Origin: Asterias rubens
Lineage: Eukaryota
Length of the DNA: 64,000 nt
Direction of reading: 5' to 3'
Assembly (NCBI RefSeq): GCF_902459465.1
Contig: NC_047082.1
Coordinates: forward strand, 930,001-994,000
A program made the position numbers and the translations under genes. The notes below the pieces were generated by a model. The model was not told where the DNA came from, did not search any database, and saw only the letters and a program-made list of their open reading frames with translations. Below are positions 48,871 to 61,958 of the stretch, one piece after another. Every line of letters starts with the position of its first letter. Position 1 is the first letter of the stretch.

Positions 48871-51358
48871 ATTGTCTTCTTTCTCCTCGTTTAGCACTAA
48901 TTAGAGCGTTGCGAATACTCATCCGCCCCCCCCCCCACACAGGCTAAAACGGAGAAAAACAAACGAACAAAATAGAAAACTACAAAAATAATAAGACAAT
49001 TCCTGGACTGTACCCAATTTCTGCTTCGTTCCATCAACTCAAATGTTAAACCCTTTTTTTCACCCAATGCAGGTTTCTCAACTGCCTAATGACAGAATAG
49101 GATCATGGAGTTAGAAGGATCTTATGTACAGTTGCGCTGGAAATACTTCCGTGTGGAGACCATGTTATGTCGAACTTCACCACTCCGAGCGGGTGTAGAC
49201 GAAGCGCTTCGACGGGGATGTGAACCATCCAGCGGTCGGTAAATTCACCCAATATCAAATCAACCTTTTCTGCGCCTTCCGTTCTTTTCTTACAGTTTTG
49301 TGGTGCGAAAATGTTCCAAGAGTCGTCGTCAGAGTGGGAAAGTTGGGGGAATAGTCTCGGTGTAACACTTATGAATTTTATCTAAAACTCTTTTAGATTG
49401 AAACTTAAAACATGACGTCACCGGAGTATAAAATCACATAAGTCTTAAAATTCCTGCAAAGGTAATAATTTTGCACCAGTCAAAAGCTCAAATTCAATGT
49501 CATTTTTGTTGAAAGACTCTATTAGAAAATGAGTGGATCACACAATTTGACTTTGTAGTCCCTCTTTAATAAACGTTTTTCATACAGTGGACACCCGCCT
49601 TTTTCTCAAACAGTATGCACGTCTTCTTCTTGTTTGTTGGTGTTTTGGTTTTGTTTGTTTTTCTATCAACGCATGTCAACAGCTTCGAGTAGCTCCGACA
49701 TACAGTGCCGGTCACACTGAACAACACCTCCGACCGTGTAAACCCACGTTCAACGGGTCAACATTAAGCCGCGTGGATCTGTTCGTGCGACGTGTAAAAA
49801 AAAAAAAAAAGACGAGCACGAGAACACGGTGTTGTCACTTCGCGGACGGGCAGCCGCCGGCCGTCAATCGACGCAACATCCCGGGCCGGGGTCCGGGGGT
49901 TAGCCCGGCCACGTGCCCGTTCATTCAACTCACTAATCGGTGATCCGCTCCCGCTGTATTAACTGTCACGTTCACCGTAGACCGGGATGTTTGGACTACA
50001 TGGCACGCGACCCTGCATTGTTGAAGTACGGAAGCTGAAGCTGTTCTAAACAATTATCTTTCCGGCTCGTCGAGAGGGGCGCATGGGTCTTATCAGAGGT
50101 GAGACCCCCGGGACGCGTGACGATAGCACCCCCTTCTCGATACGGGATAAACCATGGGATCCTACACCAGTGCTGCCAGTTATGACATATCAGTTGTTGA
50201 ATGATAGATGAAGATTTAATCACGGTGGTTAAAATGTCATAATTTGATGTAAATTTGATTGTTCCCCGGGGAGTGTCACAGACGTGGCGGCGGTGGGTTG
50301 TTTGGGGGTAAGGGGTCCCAGAGGTGTCGTGGCGTGGACGTGTGCTTGGCTCGTTAGGTAATCTTTGAGGCCAACCATTTTTTTTTTTTGAGGTTTTCCT
50401 GACCAATGTCAGCAAAAACATCCCTCAACTTCAGGCCTGTATGCTTCGGGCACCAAGGCATTTTCTCTTTGGTAAAGGGCACCCTATGAGGGAAATGAGA
50501 AAATTTCTTCTGGAGAATTTCAAGGGCACTAAGGCAATGATCAAAGGGCATGGATGTAATCGCCTTCGTGGCCTCCGTGAAGTATCACGCCTGCAACTTC
50601 ATTAACACGCATTCAAATTCACGCATTTCTTTTTTTCATCGACTCAAACTAAATATCTTTTTAGTTTTTATGCATTCAATTTCATTTTCGCGCGCACATG
50701 ATTTTGTTTCTCACTTAGATTTATAGTTAAAGATAGATGACGAATCTAAAAGAACCAATCTCTTGTATATAGTTGTGGTAAACATTGGTTATGCTGGATC
50801 CTTGGTTATGCATCGGTTATTCGAGTCAGCCTGACCCGTAAATGGGTCAGAGCCAGCTGGAATCCGGCTCAATTTAAACTCGGGAATTTTCATTGTTTTA
50901 TAGAAATGGCATTGTAATAAATATCTATAACTGTTACAGTAAAACACTTCAAGTGCAAATTATTTAAATATCAAAACAATGTTCAATGAAGTCACAATTC
51001 AAATACATGGGTCTCTTGATTTGTGTACGGAAAATGTTCAGTTCCTAAATTTTGATGATATTAAATCAAAAGTGGAATGAATTTGACCTTTGACTGAAGC
51101 AACCCCCCCCCCCCCCTTTTTGGAATGTACACATCTGTGTTTTTTATTACTATCCAATGACGTCATGTTTCAATTTACGTTTGAACATTGACAACAATTT
51201 TAACGTGAGGATTTTTGTTCATATTGACTCGATCAATTGGAAAATGAGTGAGTCACAGATCTGAATTTGATCTTTGAATTTATATAACACTATTGTACCT
51301 AATCATCAATCCGGAACATTCAAACCTGCAGTACCAAGGAACATTTGTAAAATGATTT

Positions 51359-51742
51359 TTAAAGGCAGTGGACACTATTGGTAATTATCAAAGACTAGCC
51401 TTCACAGTTGGTATATCTCAACATATGCATAAAATAACTAACCTGTGAAAATTTGAGCTCAATCGGTTATCGAAGTTGCGAGATATTAATGACAGAAAAA
51501 ATACCATTGTGACACGAAGTTATGTGCGTTTAGATGGTTGATTTCGAGACCTCAAGTTCTAAATCTGAGGTTTCGAAATCAAATTCTTGGAAAATTTTCT
51601 TTCTCGAAAACTATGGCACTTCAGAGGGAGCCGTTTCTCACAATGTTTTATACCATCAACCTCTCCCCATTACTCGTCACCAAGAAAGGTTTTATTCTAA
51701 TAATTATTTTGAGTAATTACCAATAGTGTCCAGTGCCTTTAA
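51359..51742. mobile_element. Kolobok-like MITE family A, full copy
   Basis: TTAA-flanked TIRs. Confidence 0.85.
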
Positions 51743-51869
51743 GAACTTCTGTCTTGTTCTACAGTACTTGTAATATGTTGAAGAGTAAAAATAAAAAATA
51801 AAAAAATCGATTCGATTTGAGCATTTGCACCCATTTAAGTATGCGAGTTTGTTCAAAATAGATGTTAAA

Positions 51870-52045
51870 TTTGCATCGGGAATGAAAAATATTAATTTTG
51901 TTTTTTACCCATTACACCGATGTGTGTTAGCACTGTGTACTCAGTACTTGCCCGGTTGGGATTCGAACCCACGACCTTTGCAATTTTAGAGCAGTGTTAA
52001 ACTAACTGGGCAACCAAGATTGCCCGGTAGCTAGAGGCAGTTCCA
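51870..52045 (-). mobile_element. Second tRNA-derived SINE family (copies at about 17420-17615, 37085-37250, 54225-54360, 60350-60440)
   Basis: On the minus strand, B-box-like GGGTTCGAATCCC followed by GAGTACACAGTGCTAACACACATCGGTG; repeated in 5 places. Confidence 0.7.
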
Positions 52046-52628
52046 GTTTGTTTCACCTTTAATGTCAAGACATTCAAATGACTTGCTTATTCATTTACTC
52101 CAAAATCACAGATACACATTGAGAAAATGTTCAGTTTTAGATGTGGGAGGAAAACTTTAATTAATGGGGAAACCCACGCAGTCAGGTAGAGACTTAAAAC
52201 AATCAACATTCAAGTCCCCAGTGCGGGATTCGAACAGGGGTCCACAGAGATGAAAGGCCTGGTCCCCGTTGATCTACATAGGAAAACTTTACTGCTGTTT
52301 TCCCAAAACTTGGCCCAATTTCATAGAGCTGCTAAGCACAAAAATTTGCTCAGCATTAAATTTCTTCCTTGATAAAAACAGGATTACCAACCAAATTCCC
52401 ATTTGTTGCATATTGCTTGTTACTGGTACTCAGCTGTTGTTTACTTATCCTGAAAATCACGTGGAAATTTGGTTGGTAATCTTGTTTTTATCAAGGAAGA
52501 AATTTCATGCTAAGCAAATTGTTATGCTAAGCAGCTCTATGAAATTGGGCTCTGGTGCAGACTACTTCCATTCAGAAGATCATGAATGTTTCACAATCAT
52601 TTTGCTATCCCGGAAAAACAAGTAAGTG

Positions 52629-53012
52629 TTAAGCGTCTGGACACTATTGGTAATTGTCAAAGACCAGTCTTCTCACTTGGTGTATCTCAACATATGCATA
52701 AAATAACACACCTAATAATATGGTCATCGAAGTTACGAGATAATAATGAAAGAAAAAAACACCCTTGTCACACCCTTGTCACACGAAGTTGTGTGCTTTC
52801 AGATGCTTGATTTCGAGACCCCAAAGTTTAATTCTGAGGTCTTGAAATCAAATTCTTGGAAATATACTTCTTTCTCGAAAAAACGTTAATTCAGAGGTAG
52901 CCGTTTCTCACAATGTTTTATACTATCAACAGCTCCCCATTACTCGTTACCAAGTAAAGTTTTATGCTAATAATTATTTTGACTAATTACCAATAGTGTA
53001 CACTGCCTTTAA
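52629..53012. mobile_element. Kolobok-like MITE family A, full copy
   Basis: TTAA-flanked TIRs. Confidence 0.85.
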
Positions 53013-53556
53013 AGCATGGACAAACATTAACCATATTTTTAAAATGGCGTCTTAAAGTTGTATAGAGGGATTTGGTATGGGCGTCCGTATGCCAATCCAT
53101 TTTTATTCATTTGAATGGTTAAAAATAATTATCTGCATCGCCAACCAGATTCTGTACTTCTACGGGTTGCAGGTGGTTAGAAATAATATGCAAAACTACA
53201 ACTATCATAAAACTGCATTGTCTAAAACCTGACTCTTTGACTATACATCACTGTTCTACATTTACACACACCATCACAAACCATATTGCCACAAAAGCTT
53301 CTCATTATCATAATTATTCATTTTTTTATGTTAAAAAGTTCGTACTTAAAATTTATTGTTTGAGCGCGGAGCATGCGAGGCCGAAAAAGATATATATACG
53401 GGTTGGAGTTTTCCATGTTGTTTGGGAATAATTGTTTTTGTTCTGTTTGGTGCAAACTGCATAATTATTTGCTGGTACCTCAAACCGAAGCGGGTTTAGT
53501 CCAATCGGTGTAATTTGTGATATCGTTTCACACTTTCTTCTTCATTCCACTGAAAG

Positions 53557-53705
53557 GGAGACGAAGAAGAAGTCATCTTGTTCGTTCTGGGAGCTTCAAT
53601 TTTGCATCATCCTCTAGACAACAGAACTCCACAGGTTTTTGTGTCCCAACTCTGCCATTCAAGTTCCAACAACCATTTCGGAATTATCAAAACCATTCAA
53701 CACAG
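53557..53705 (+). CDS. Candidate internal coding exon of an unidentified gene
   Basis: Pyrimidine tract plus AG at 53555-56 and a consensus donor CAG|GTAAGT. The phase 1-0 frame is open: GRRRRSHLVRSGSFNFASSSRQQNSTGFCVPTLPFKFQQPFRNYQNHSTQ. No family recognised. Confidence 0.4.
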
Positions 53706-54497
53706 GTAAGTCGCAAGTCACTTTTCTGCAATCTGGTTATTTCGCTGTTCAAATTACTTGGGATTTACCCGCTCAAACTTACGAATAAAAACGGCTGGTA
53801 TTTCGGGAAATCGCCTGGTTGTAAATTCAAGTTTAGTTTGATAATTTAAAAAACACAAAATGTGTACTGGCATACCGGCAGATGTACCATCAATGTCATA
53901 CATAGGGCTCCATAAGGCGTAGGCCTACTTAATAATAATTATGGGCAACAAAAAATGATATTGCTATCATGGAAAAAATAATTACATGCCCTTATATACC
54001 CGTCTATTGAAATAATATACTGGTAAGATATTTTCTTCGTTAAATCACAACAGCAAATTGTTATAGCTGGTATATTTATACGTGCATTGCTCTTCTTTTT
54101 GCTATTTTGCTATAAAATGATATGTTTTCGTTTTTACTTGTTTATGCCTCTGAAGAAGGTCTGGTTTGGCTCGAAAGCTATACGGCCATCTACCCTACTA
54201 GTTTTATATAATATATACATTTAGAATATCATGTGTTTTTCGCCCCTTACACCGATGTGTATAAAGCACTGTATACTCGGTACTTTCCCGAGTTGTATGA
54301 ACAAATAATAAATAGGTCTTTTACTTGGATGGGATTCGAACAAAAAACCTTTACCAGAACTGTTTGTCGTACAGATAGTGGTGCTGCTTTGTTTGCAAAA
54401 CATTTTAGTGGCCAGACAAGTTAGGTGGAGTTTGCGGTAACACCCTTTGTAAAAGAAATTTAGTCGTGTTAGTTCTTAAAAAACCGGTGGTTTGCAA

Positions 54498-54537
54498 CTC
54501 AACGTTTCGATCAGTAAGCTCTGATCATCTTCAGGAC
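54498..54537 (-). ncRNA. Penelope-type minimal hammerhead ribozyme motif
   Basis: Minus strand: GTC-CTGAAGA-T-GATCAG agctta CTGATC-GAA-ACGT-T-GAG, with a perfect 6-bp helix II. Confidence 0.5.
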
Positions 54538-57500
54538 TGACGATCTATAGCAATGTCTGGCTGGAAATTTCGACAAAGACTCTGCTAGGGTCGAAACGTC
54601 AGGGCATTAACTATTTTTCTTAACATTCGGTCCTGTCGGTTGGTATGCAGTTTGCTAACTCTATAATGCTCATTTGTAATTACTTACTTAACCATTATTT
54701 CTTCGGCTGGTTGGCAGAAACACTCTGGTTATAGGTACACAAACGCAGATTTGTTTTTATAACAATTTAAATTAGCTAATCGAAAAACAAAAACACCGAG
54801 AGACCCCGCCCCGAAATGCGTTTCAATGCCTTTGAAGACCGACCGCGCGGACGCCGCTCTAGAAGCAAGTCAGTCAAAATGCAGCTCTACGGATTCGATG
54901 ATGGAGGCAACGAGGACGATTGCCTCCATGCCCCCTGGTCATTGCCTTGTTGCCCTTGAAATGCTCCAATAGATTATTTACAATTCCTCTGCAAAGGGTG
55001 CCCTTACCAAAAAGAAGATGCCTTGGTGCCCTTGCTCTTTCCTTTCTAAAAATGAAGCATACAGGCCTGCAACACAAACCAACACCCGCCAAGAAACTTT
55101 GCTTGATCTGTCGTTATAACACACGCAAATTTGTAGTCAGGAGTTTATATTTCCCCCAGTATTTTCGACTTTTGTACATCTCATTATGACGTTACCGAAC
55201 CAAAGAATACCGCCAACGGCCCTTTAAATAAATTATTATACGGGCAAAGCAGGTTTAATTCCTGATCAACAACAGTAAACAAACAAACAAACTAGATACC
55301 AAGCAAAACAAACAAACAAACACAACTGATGTCATTTTGTGTGTGCCACACGAGCGGTGCGAGCAGAGCAGAGAAGCGTAAACGACGAATAGCCCGGGGG
55401 GAAACGAGCCTAGGCGTCCGGGGACCCAGCGTCCCTACCACCACATAGACAAGGCCCGTCACCGCATTTGGTGTTCCTTTCTTTTCAAATTTGAACTGTT
55501 CTTTGTATTCATTTGCAACTAGTGATAGAATACCGCATTAAATTTAAATATTTCTTTGGCGAAAACAGTACAAATTTGCTGGTATGGTGGGTTTTTGTTT
55601 TCTTTTTTCTTTTCTTTTTTTCGGCTACGCGTAAGAACTATACACCAATGCACTCTTTCTTTATCAGTATCTGTTTTTTTCTTTGTAATGCTGTAATTAT
55701 TGCTCAGACTATAAGGGTACACACAATGCAAGTCTGGAACACATATCTTAAATGTTAATGATTAGTTGTGCAAGCCCTATTAATATTTGTATATTTCTGT
55801 TGAGTTAGTTGACGGAAGGAAGAGATTGAAGGGCCTAGACAAAAAAGACGGTGTTCGTTTCTACACTATTTTTGATTCCTTTTGACTTTTTAGTGGATAA
55901 TTTGGAGACGAGTGCGATAAAACCTTTAGAATATCAACCAATTTATTATTATGTTGTTGTTGTTGTTTTTTTTTTGGGGGGAGGGCTTTTGTGGAAGGTT
56001 TATCTGTCCATCTACCCTTGTTCAAAACTGCCAAGTTCTCTTGAGGGATTTTGGTCCGAAACGGTTTTTACTGGTGACAGTAGGTCCACCTAAACCCACC
56101 CTTTCACAACGATAAGCAAATGTCAGCTATAACAATAAAAGTTAAAGATTTGCATGGTGCTAAAAGTGAGAAATATAAACTATTTTACGGGAGGTGGCCA
56201 TTTAATAGTCTTTACTTGGAAGTGATGTTTGGAAGAACCAGAGGTGATATAAAAAACTCGACGTTTCGAGCTCTGTTATCGTAGTCTTCATGTGAATATT
56301 TTAGTGGTTTCCTTTTTGTAACGAGTTGAGTGAGCGAAATAATAACTCGAGGTTATTTTACGGACACTCGCACCTTTTGAGCGTGATAGCCAGAGTCAGC
56401 TTGGCCGTTATAGACGCCTCTGGGCCCTGATGTTTCACGACGCTGTCCCGCCTCGCGTTCTCCACGTACCGTGACGTGTCTCTGTCGAAGTCATGGCACA
56501 ATGCCGGCGATTTCCTAATCAATTGTATTGGTGGTGGATGGATCATTTAAAAAGACTAGACGATGGTTAATGCAACTTAACTGAAGATAAACGTTGTCGC
56601 CGCTAGCAGCACGTGGCCGCCAGAGCGCCGCAAGCACGGGTCAAGCCTTTGGCCTCGCGGCGGTACTTCACCCAAAACCCCGGTATTTTTTTATTTTTTT
56701 CGGACGGGTCAGCGCAGTAGCCCCAGGAAAACACCCCACTAAAAGGAAGATTAATATTTCTGTTCCTTGCTTGATTATACAGTTCTCTCTCTTAAGTCCA
56801 TAAGGACGTCCGCCGTCCGATGGTGGTCCGAGAAACGGACTCCATTCAAGCCTTGTCACTTTCTTATCCTGTCGTTGACCATACAACTTTGCAGTAAACA
56901 TGTTTTAAAAAAATTAAAAAAATTAAAAAACTTGTTGCACAGCTGGATTGTTGAACTAAATTTCGACAACCCTGTAAATTCCGAGATCCTATGGTTCGAC
57001 AACATATTCGTGATTTACATGCTAAGGTTAGGAGTAGGGTTAGGAGTTAGGAAAATACACGGAACATTGTCGGAACACTGTCGGAACGTAGGCGCGTAAG
57101 CGATATTTCAATCTATAATTGTTTATACTTTGTGGAATTTGTTGTACAATTAAGTCTTATGTTTAATAAAAACAGAGAGTAAAACTCACTTCCAACAAGG
57201 TGGTACGTATAAACTATACAACAATAATGGTGTCAATGTTTATTCAGTTTGCTATAAACCATTGGTATACCCATGTGTATACCATTGACTTTGCTGTGTA
57301 GATTATTTTCTTAATGTCTTGCTATTTCATTTGCTACCGCAGGGCAGACTTCAGATTTTCGTTTCTGAAAAAACCTCCCCTGCTTTTCAGAGCATAGTCT
57401 CCCGAAATTTGCAAGCTACTTAGCAGCAGTAGTATAAATAGCAAGTGACTAGTTCTCGAAGAATAAATCAACTTTCCTGAAACAATTCTTGCTAAGCAAT

Positions 57501-57540
57501 TCATTTTTTGCTTGAATTGCAATAAAGAATGGAATGCACA

Positions 57541-58145
57541 TGACGTCATTGACCGCCATCTTTGATGCAGCAGAGTGGAAAAGTGCACGCGTGCACACGC
57601 TACGCACGACTCTCGGCCAATGAGAGCCTTTCAGTTGATTCTGAGTTTGTGCACGGGAAATACAGCCATACAATTAAACACTCACTTGAACTTGAGTTGG
57701 TTTTATTACCAGCCAGTCACGAACCATTATCAGATTCGACGGTACCCTTGCACATCATAATAGTCACTGGTACTCGACAACCTTTGTAAAATTAACTGGT
57801 ACATTCTGATTTTTAGTTTATTTGTATCAGTTTTTATTTATTCTTATGTATATTTAGCTTATGTTAATTAGGCCTGTGGCTGATCCACTCTAAACCCTGC
57901 TCAAGTATGGTAACCCGCTAAAGAGGCATCAAATCACATAGAGCAACTGGTCCCCTCTCATTTCTTCGATCTTGTGACATGTCTAAAACTGTATGCAGTT
58001 TAGGTAGGCCATGTAAAAACACGATTCATTTGAAATGGTATCGGGTCAAAATACTTGCATTTTGAAACGCGCGTATATAAGCGTCCTTCAAGCGCCATGT
58101 TTACACTCATGCACGCAAAGTAGTCCCTTGTGGGAGCCAATCAGC
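57541..58145. promoter_or_regulatory. Promoter-like motif cluster
   Basis: CRE TGACGTCA at 57541, YY1-like CCGCCATCTT at 57553, CCAAT at 57617 and 58137, TATATAA at 58074. Motif matches only. Confidence 0.4.
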
Positions 58146-58306
58146 GTTGTTTCTCAGTCCACCCAGTACCAGGAGTTAGTGATGGGAGGTATCAATATGG
58201 CGCGATGCACATGGTAGCAAGGAGCAAGTTCGGGTGATGAGCAACTGGACTAGACTTGACTGACTAAACTAACCAGAAACCATAGAGCACAGGGAGATTG
58301 ACAGTG

Positions 58307-58456
58307 GGTGCATTCGTTTAGCTTCCCTGGGTCGACCCCGGTGTGTGGCGGGTTTTTTTCCAAGGACGAACGTGGGTAATTATCTGCACACGTTCGTCCT
58401 GGAAAAAGAAAACGCCACACAACGGGGTCGACCCGGGGAAGCTAATCGAACGCACC
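58307..58456. mobile_element. Palindromic MITE of the 7589-7740 family, nested in another repeat
   Basis: Same arms. The host repeat without the insertion occurs inverted at about 14340-14500. Confidence 0.8.
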
Positions 58457-60782
58457 ATATATCGAACCGTGCACTGGAGCATGGTCGATATGGTCAATTC
58501 GACATCTACGTCACAGTTTCTGGTCTCGTCTAGTCGCTCAAGGCTGGTCACTCTGTCATTCTTTGTTACTTTAGCATTATCTTGTCAAAGCCCCAGTAGT
58601 CTATCACAGCATCCTATCTGGGTTCAATTCAGTTAAGAAAGGTAGCAACGCTACCGTTTTTTCCTATGGGAAGCAACGCTAGACACAATAGTTACGCGGG
58701 GGCAGTCAACTTTAAAACATAATCTTTCAACATTTTGTGGCACGTTTACAAAATATTACTTACCCTTCGTGTACGAAAGAAAGAGATTTCATAAACAATG
58801 ACTTTAAAAGAAAAACATAAACTCTTAAACATAACTGGGGTATAAACTTTTAGAACACCGCCATACGGATGATGTTTCACACTAAACTTATTTCTTATGA
58901 CATTGTTTGTTTCATCTATTTTGTGTATTACGTTCAACATTGGGTTTTGGTATTTTTGTTAGACCTCTTTTGTTATTGGGCAATTTGTATGCTTGCTATT
59001 AACGCATAAAGGTTTGCCCTGCCATTTTTCGTCCAAAAACGTTCGCTGTAAAAACTGGTAAGTTAAAATTGACATAATGAGTGTTGCCACATATAAATAC
59101 AGAAGAGATGGTGAACATTAACATCATATGTTGTTAAAATAACAGCAATGTTATTGTCTTGTTAGAAATCAGTCTTATTTTTAACAGACGACGCTACAGA
59201 TTTTGCAGAAAGCTGATATCTGTTTACGTAACTTCATTACTGCGAAGTGAAATGTCTCTCACAATGCATTATTGTATTCAAAGCTGTTGTACTTCTTACC
59301 ACGTAAGTTTTTATTGCCATTAATTTGCAGAGTCATTGCCAGACCCTTTAAGCACAAAAAGTGGTTGAGCACTATGCTTGCCTGAAGAGGGTTACCAGTC
59401 CAAATAGCACTCCACATGTTTCATTTGTGACTGGTAGGCCTCTATCCTTCTTATTTTTCCGTAGCGGAAAATTACTAGGCAACGTTTGCTGCTTAAAGGC
59501 ACTGGACGATATAGTGGTACTCCTTTAGAGATAGTCATTACATGGTGTTACCGCAAACATTTTGCTATATCGTATTTCCACCATGCAAAGTTTCAAATCC
59601 TACTAATATATCTGTATTAAGTTTGCGGTAACACCATGTGTGTAGCTACTAGGTCTAATAAATAAATAATGAAACAAATGAACACAAAATATTATTTTGG
59701 ATAGGCCATAGTTAAATGGGAAAAAAGGAAACAACTTGTCACTATTTCTGAATGCATTTTATTTCCTGAACATGATTTCATTCCGTCTTTCTCTTACAAT
59801 GGGCTAACTTTGATTTCACCCCCACCGGATACAAATCACAACGGGGTACGGGGCGTTTAGAGACGGGTGTCCCGTCAGTGTTTAGCCCTCCTCGATCGAT
59901 ATTACTAAAGCTACCCCCTGCGATGACCTAAAACCCCATGGTGGGGGGGATTAAGGACAGATTTATCCGGTAGCTGTGACCCTGATTGGTAACAAGGATC
60001 CCCTGGGGTACAATCCCTCTAATCCTTCCGTCAATCATTGAGTCTTATCCCCTGATTCATAAACGTGAACGTGAGGCTGTACTGTGGTAACCAGACTATA
60101 ATTACATGACAACTCTCTGAATGGTAGTTGGTTTGAATTGGGCGCTGGGTATTCACTTGTACTGCGGATATCAATGTTGCCTTTTGGGTATTGGGCATTC
60201 AAATAATATTTTTGGGCATTCATTCATTCATTTAAGTGTGTACATACTTCAGTATTAAAGCACAAGTTAAAGTGTCCCGTGTGACAGTCCCTCAAAAACC
60301 ATACCTTTATAAGGTTTTGTTCATACAAATAGATACGTTTTCAACATCAAAAGTACTGAGTATACAGTGCTAACGCACATCGGTGTAAGGGTGAACCCAA
60401 AATAAATAGTCTTTATCCCCGATGCAAATTTAACATCCATTATTATCAGTATTACCTATTTTCATTGCGGTTTTGTGATATCATACTTTGCGTTGGATAT
60501 TTTGATTCATACGTGACTTAAGATCTGTCTAATCCGTCATATCATGGATCTCTGGACAATGAAATAACAATGCAATTTGACTGCACGCGCTGGCGTGCGT
60601 GGAAGGAATTAATGTTGCATCAATCAATCATTGCGGGTATCATCTCTATTAGATATGACTCTGTATTAATTATAGACATGCAGCTGCCAGGCTGGTTGGG
60701 GGAGGGGGATGGGCTCTGTCAATAGATTCATCTGCCACCAAAACCTGAGCCCAATTTTCCAATTTTTTTTAAAAATATTTAC

Positions 60783-61169
60783 TTAAAGACACTGGGCAAT
60801 ATCGTTAATTGTCAAAGACCAGTCTTCTCACTTGCTGTATCTCAACATATGCATAAAGTAACAAACCTGTGAGCATTTTAGCTCAATCGGTCATCAAAGT
60901 TGCGAGAAAATGATGAGAGAAAAAAACACCCTTATCACACGAAGTTCTGTGCTTTCAGATGCTTGATTTCGAGACCTCAATTTCTAAACTTGAGGTCTCG
61001 AAATCAAATTCGTGGAAAATTACTTCTTTCTCGAAAACTACGTCACTTCAGAGGGAGCCGTTTCTCGCAATGTTTTATACTATCAACCTCTCCCCCTTAC
61101 TCGTTACCAAGTAAGGTTTTATGCCAATAATTATTTTGAGTAATTACCAATAGTGTCCACTGCCTTTAA
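60783..61169. mobile_element. Kolobok-like MITE family A, full copy (a divergent copy follows at about 61175-61450)
   Basis: TTAAAGACACTGG ... CCACTGCCTTTAA. Confidence 0.85.
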
Positions 61170-61958
61170 ATGTAATGATGTGGATTCAATTGTTCATCAA
61201 AGTTGCAAGAAAATAATAAATAAAAAACACACTTGTTGTATTACTCTGTGCTTTCAGATGAATAATAAAAGGCTTCAAATGAGGCATTAATTATTTGGGT
61301 TACAAATTACCTCTTTCTTAAAAAACTACGACACTTTAGAGGGGGCCGTTTCTCACAATGTGTTATGCTATCAACAGCTCTCCATTGCTCGTTCCCACGT
61401 AAGTTATAACAACTATTTTGAGTAATTACTTATACTGTCCAGTGCCTTAAAGCTTCTAACTCTGACAATTTTTGATGACAGATGAAACACGCACAAAGCC
61501 CGGCCCTCTTTTCAACTTTAATTTTATTCCCTTGTACATCAGACAATGATATAACTTTATTTGCATTGGCAAATAAAAGCAAACAAAGCCCGTTTTCTCA
61601 AAGAGCAACCCGCATATTCTTGCTTAGCATTGCTGCCAAGTGCCGGGCTTGCGGGCAAGTGAGAAAATTGGCTTATTTCATTGACTGATATAAACACGTG
61701 GAAGTCTCCCATGCATTTTAATTATCTGTTTTTGTTTTGTGGGGTTTTAGTTTTTTGTTTGGAATTTATTTTGTGCGGGTATATGGACGCTCTCAATGTG
61801 GTTTGCGACCAATTGGTTGGACGTTCGGGTGTTCTTGTCATGGCTTTCGGATTTTTAATGAATTCCTCTTATTTGCGTTACAAAATTTCGCGACATATGC
61901 TCGAAAACTGACATCAATTTGGTTTAGTTTGTGATGACACAATATCTATCTGTGACAA

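Noticed and set aside
57343-57423. Plus-strand acceptor as the next exon after 53705 (GRLQIFVSEKTSPAFQSIVSRNLQAT-stop)
   Set aside because: It would truncate the protein at a featureless peptide and conflicts with the minus-strand interpretation. It cannot be supported without RNA data.
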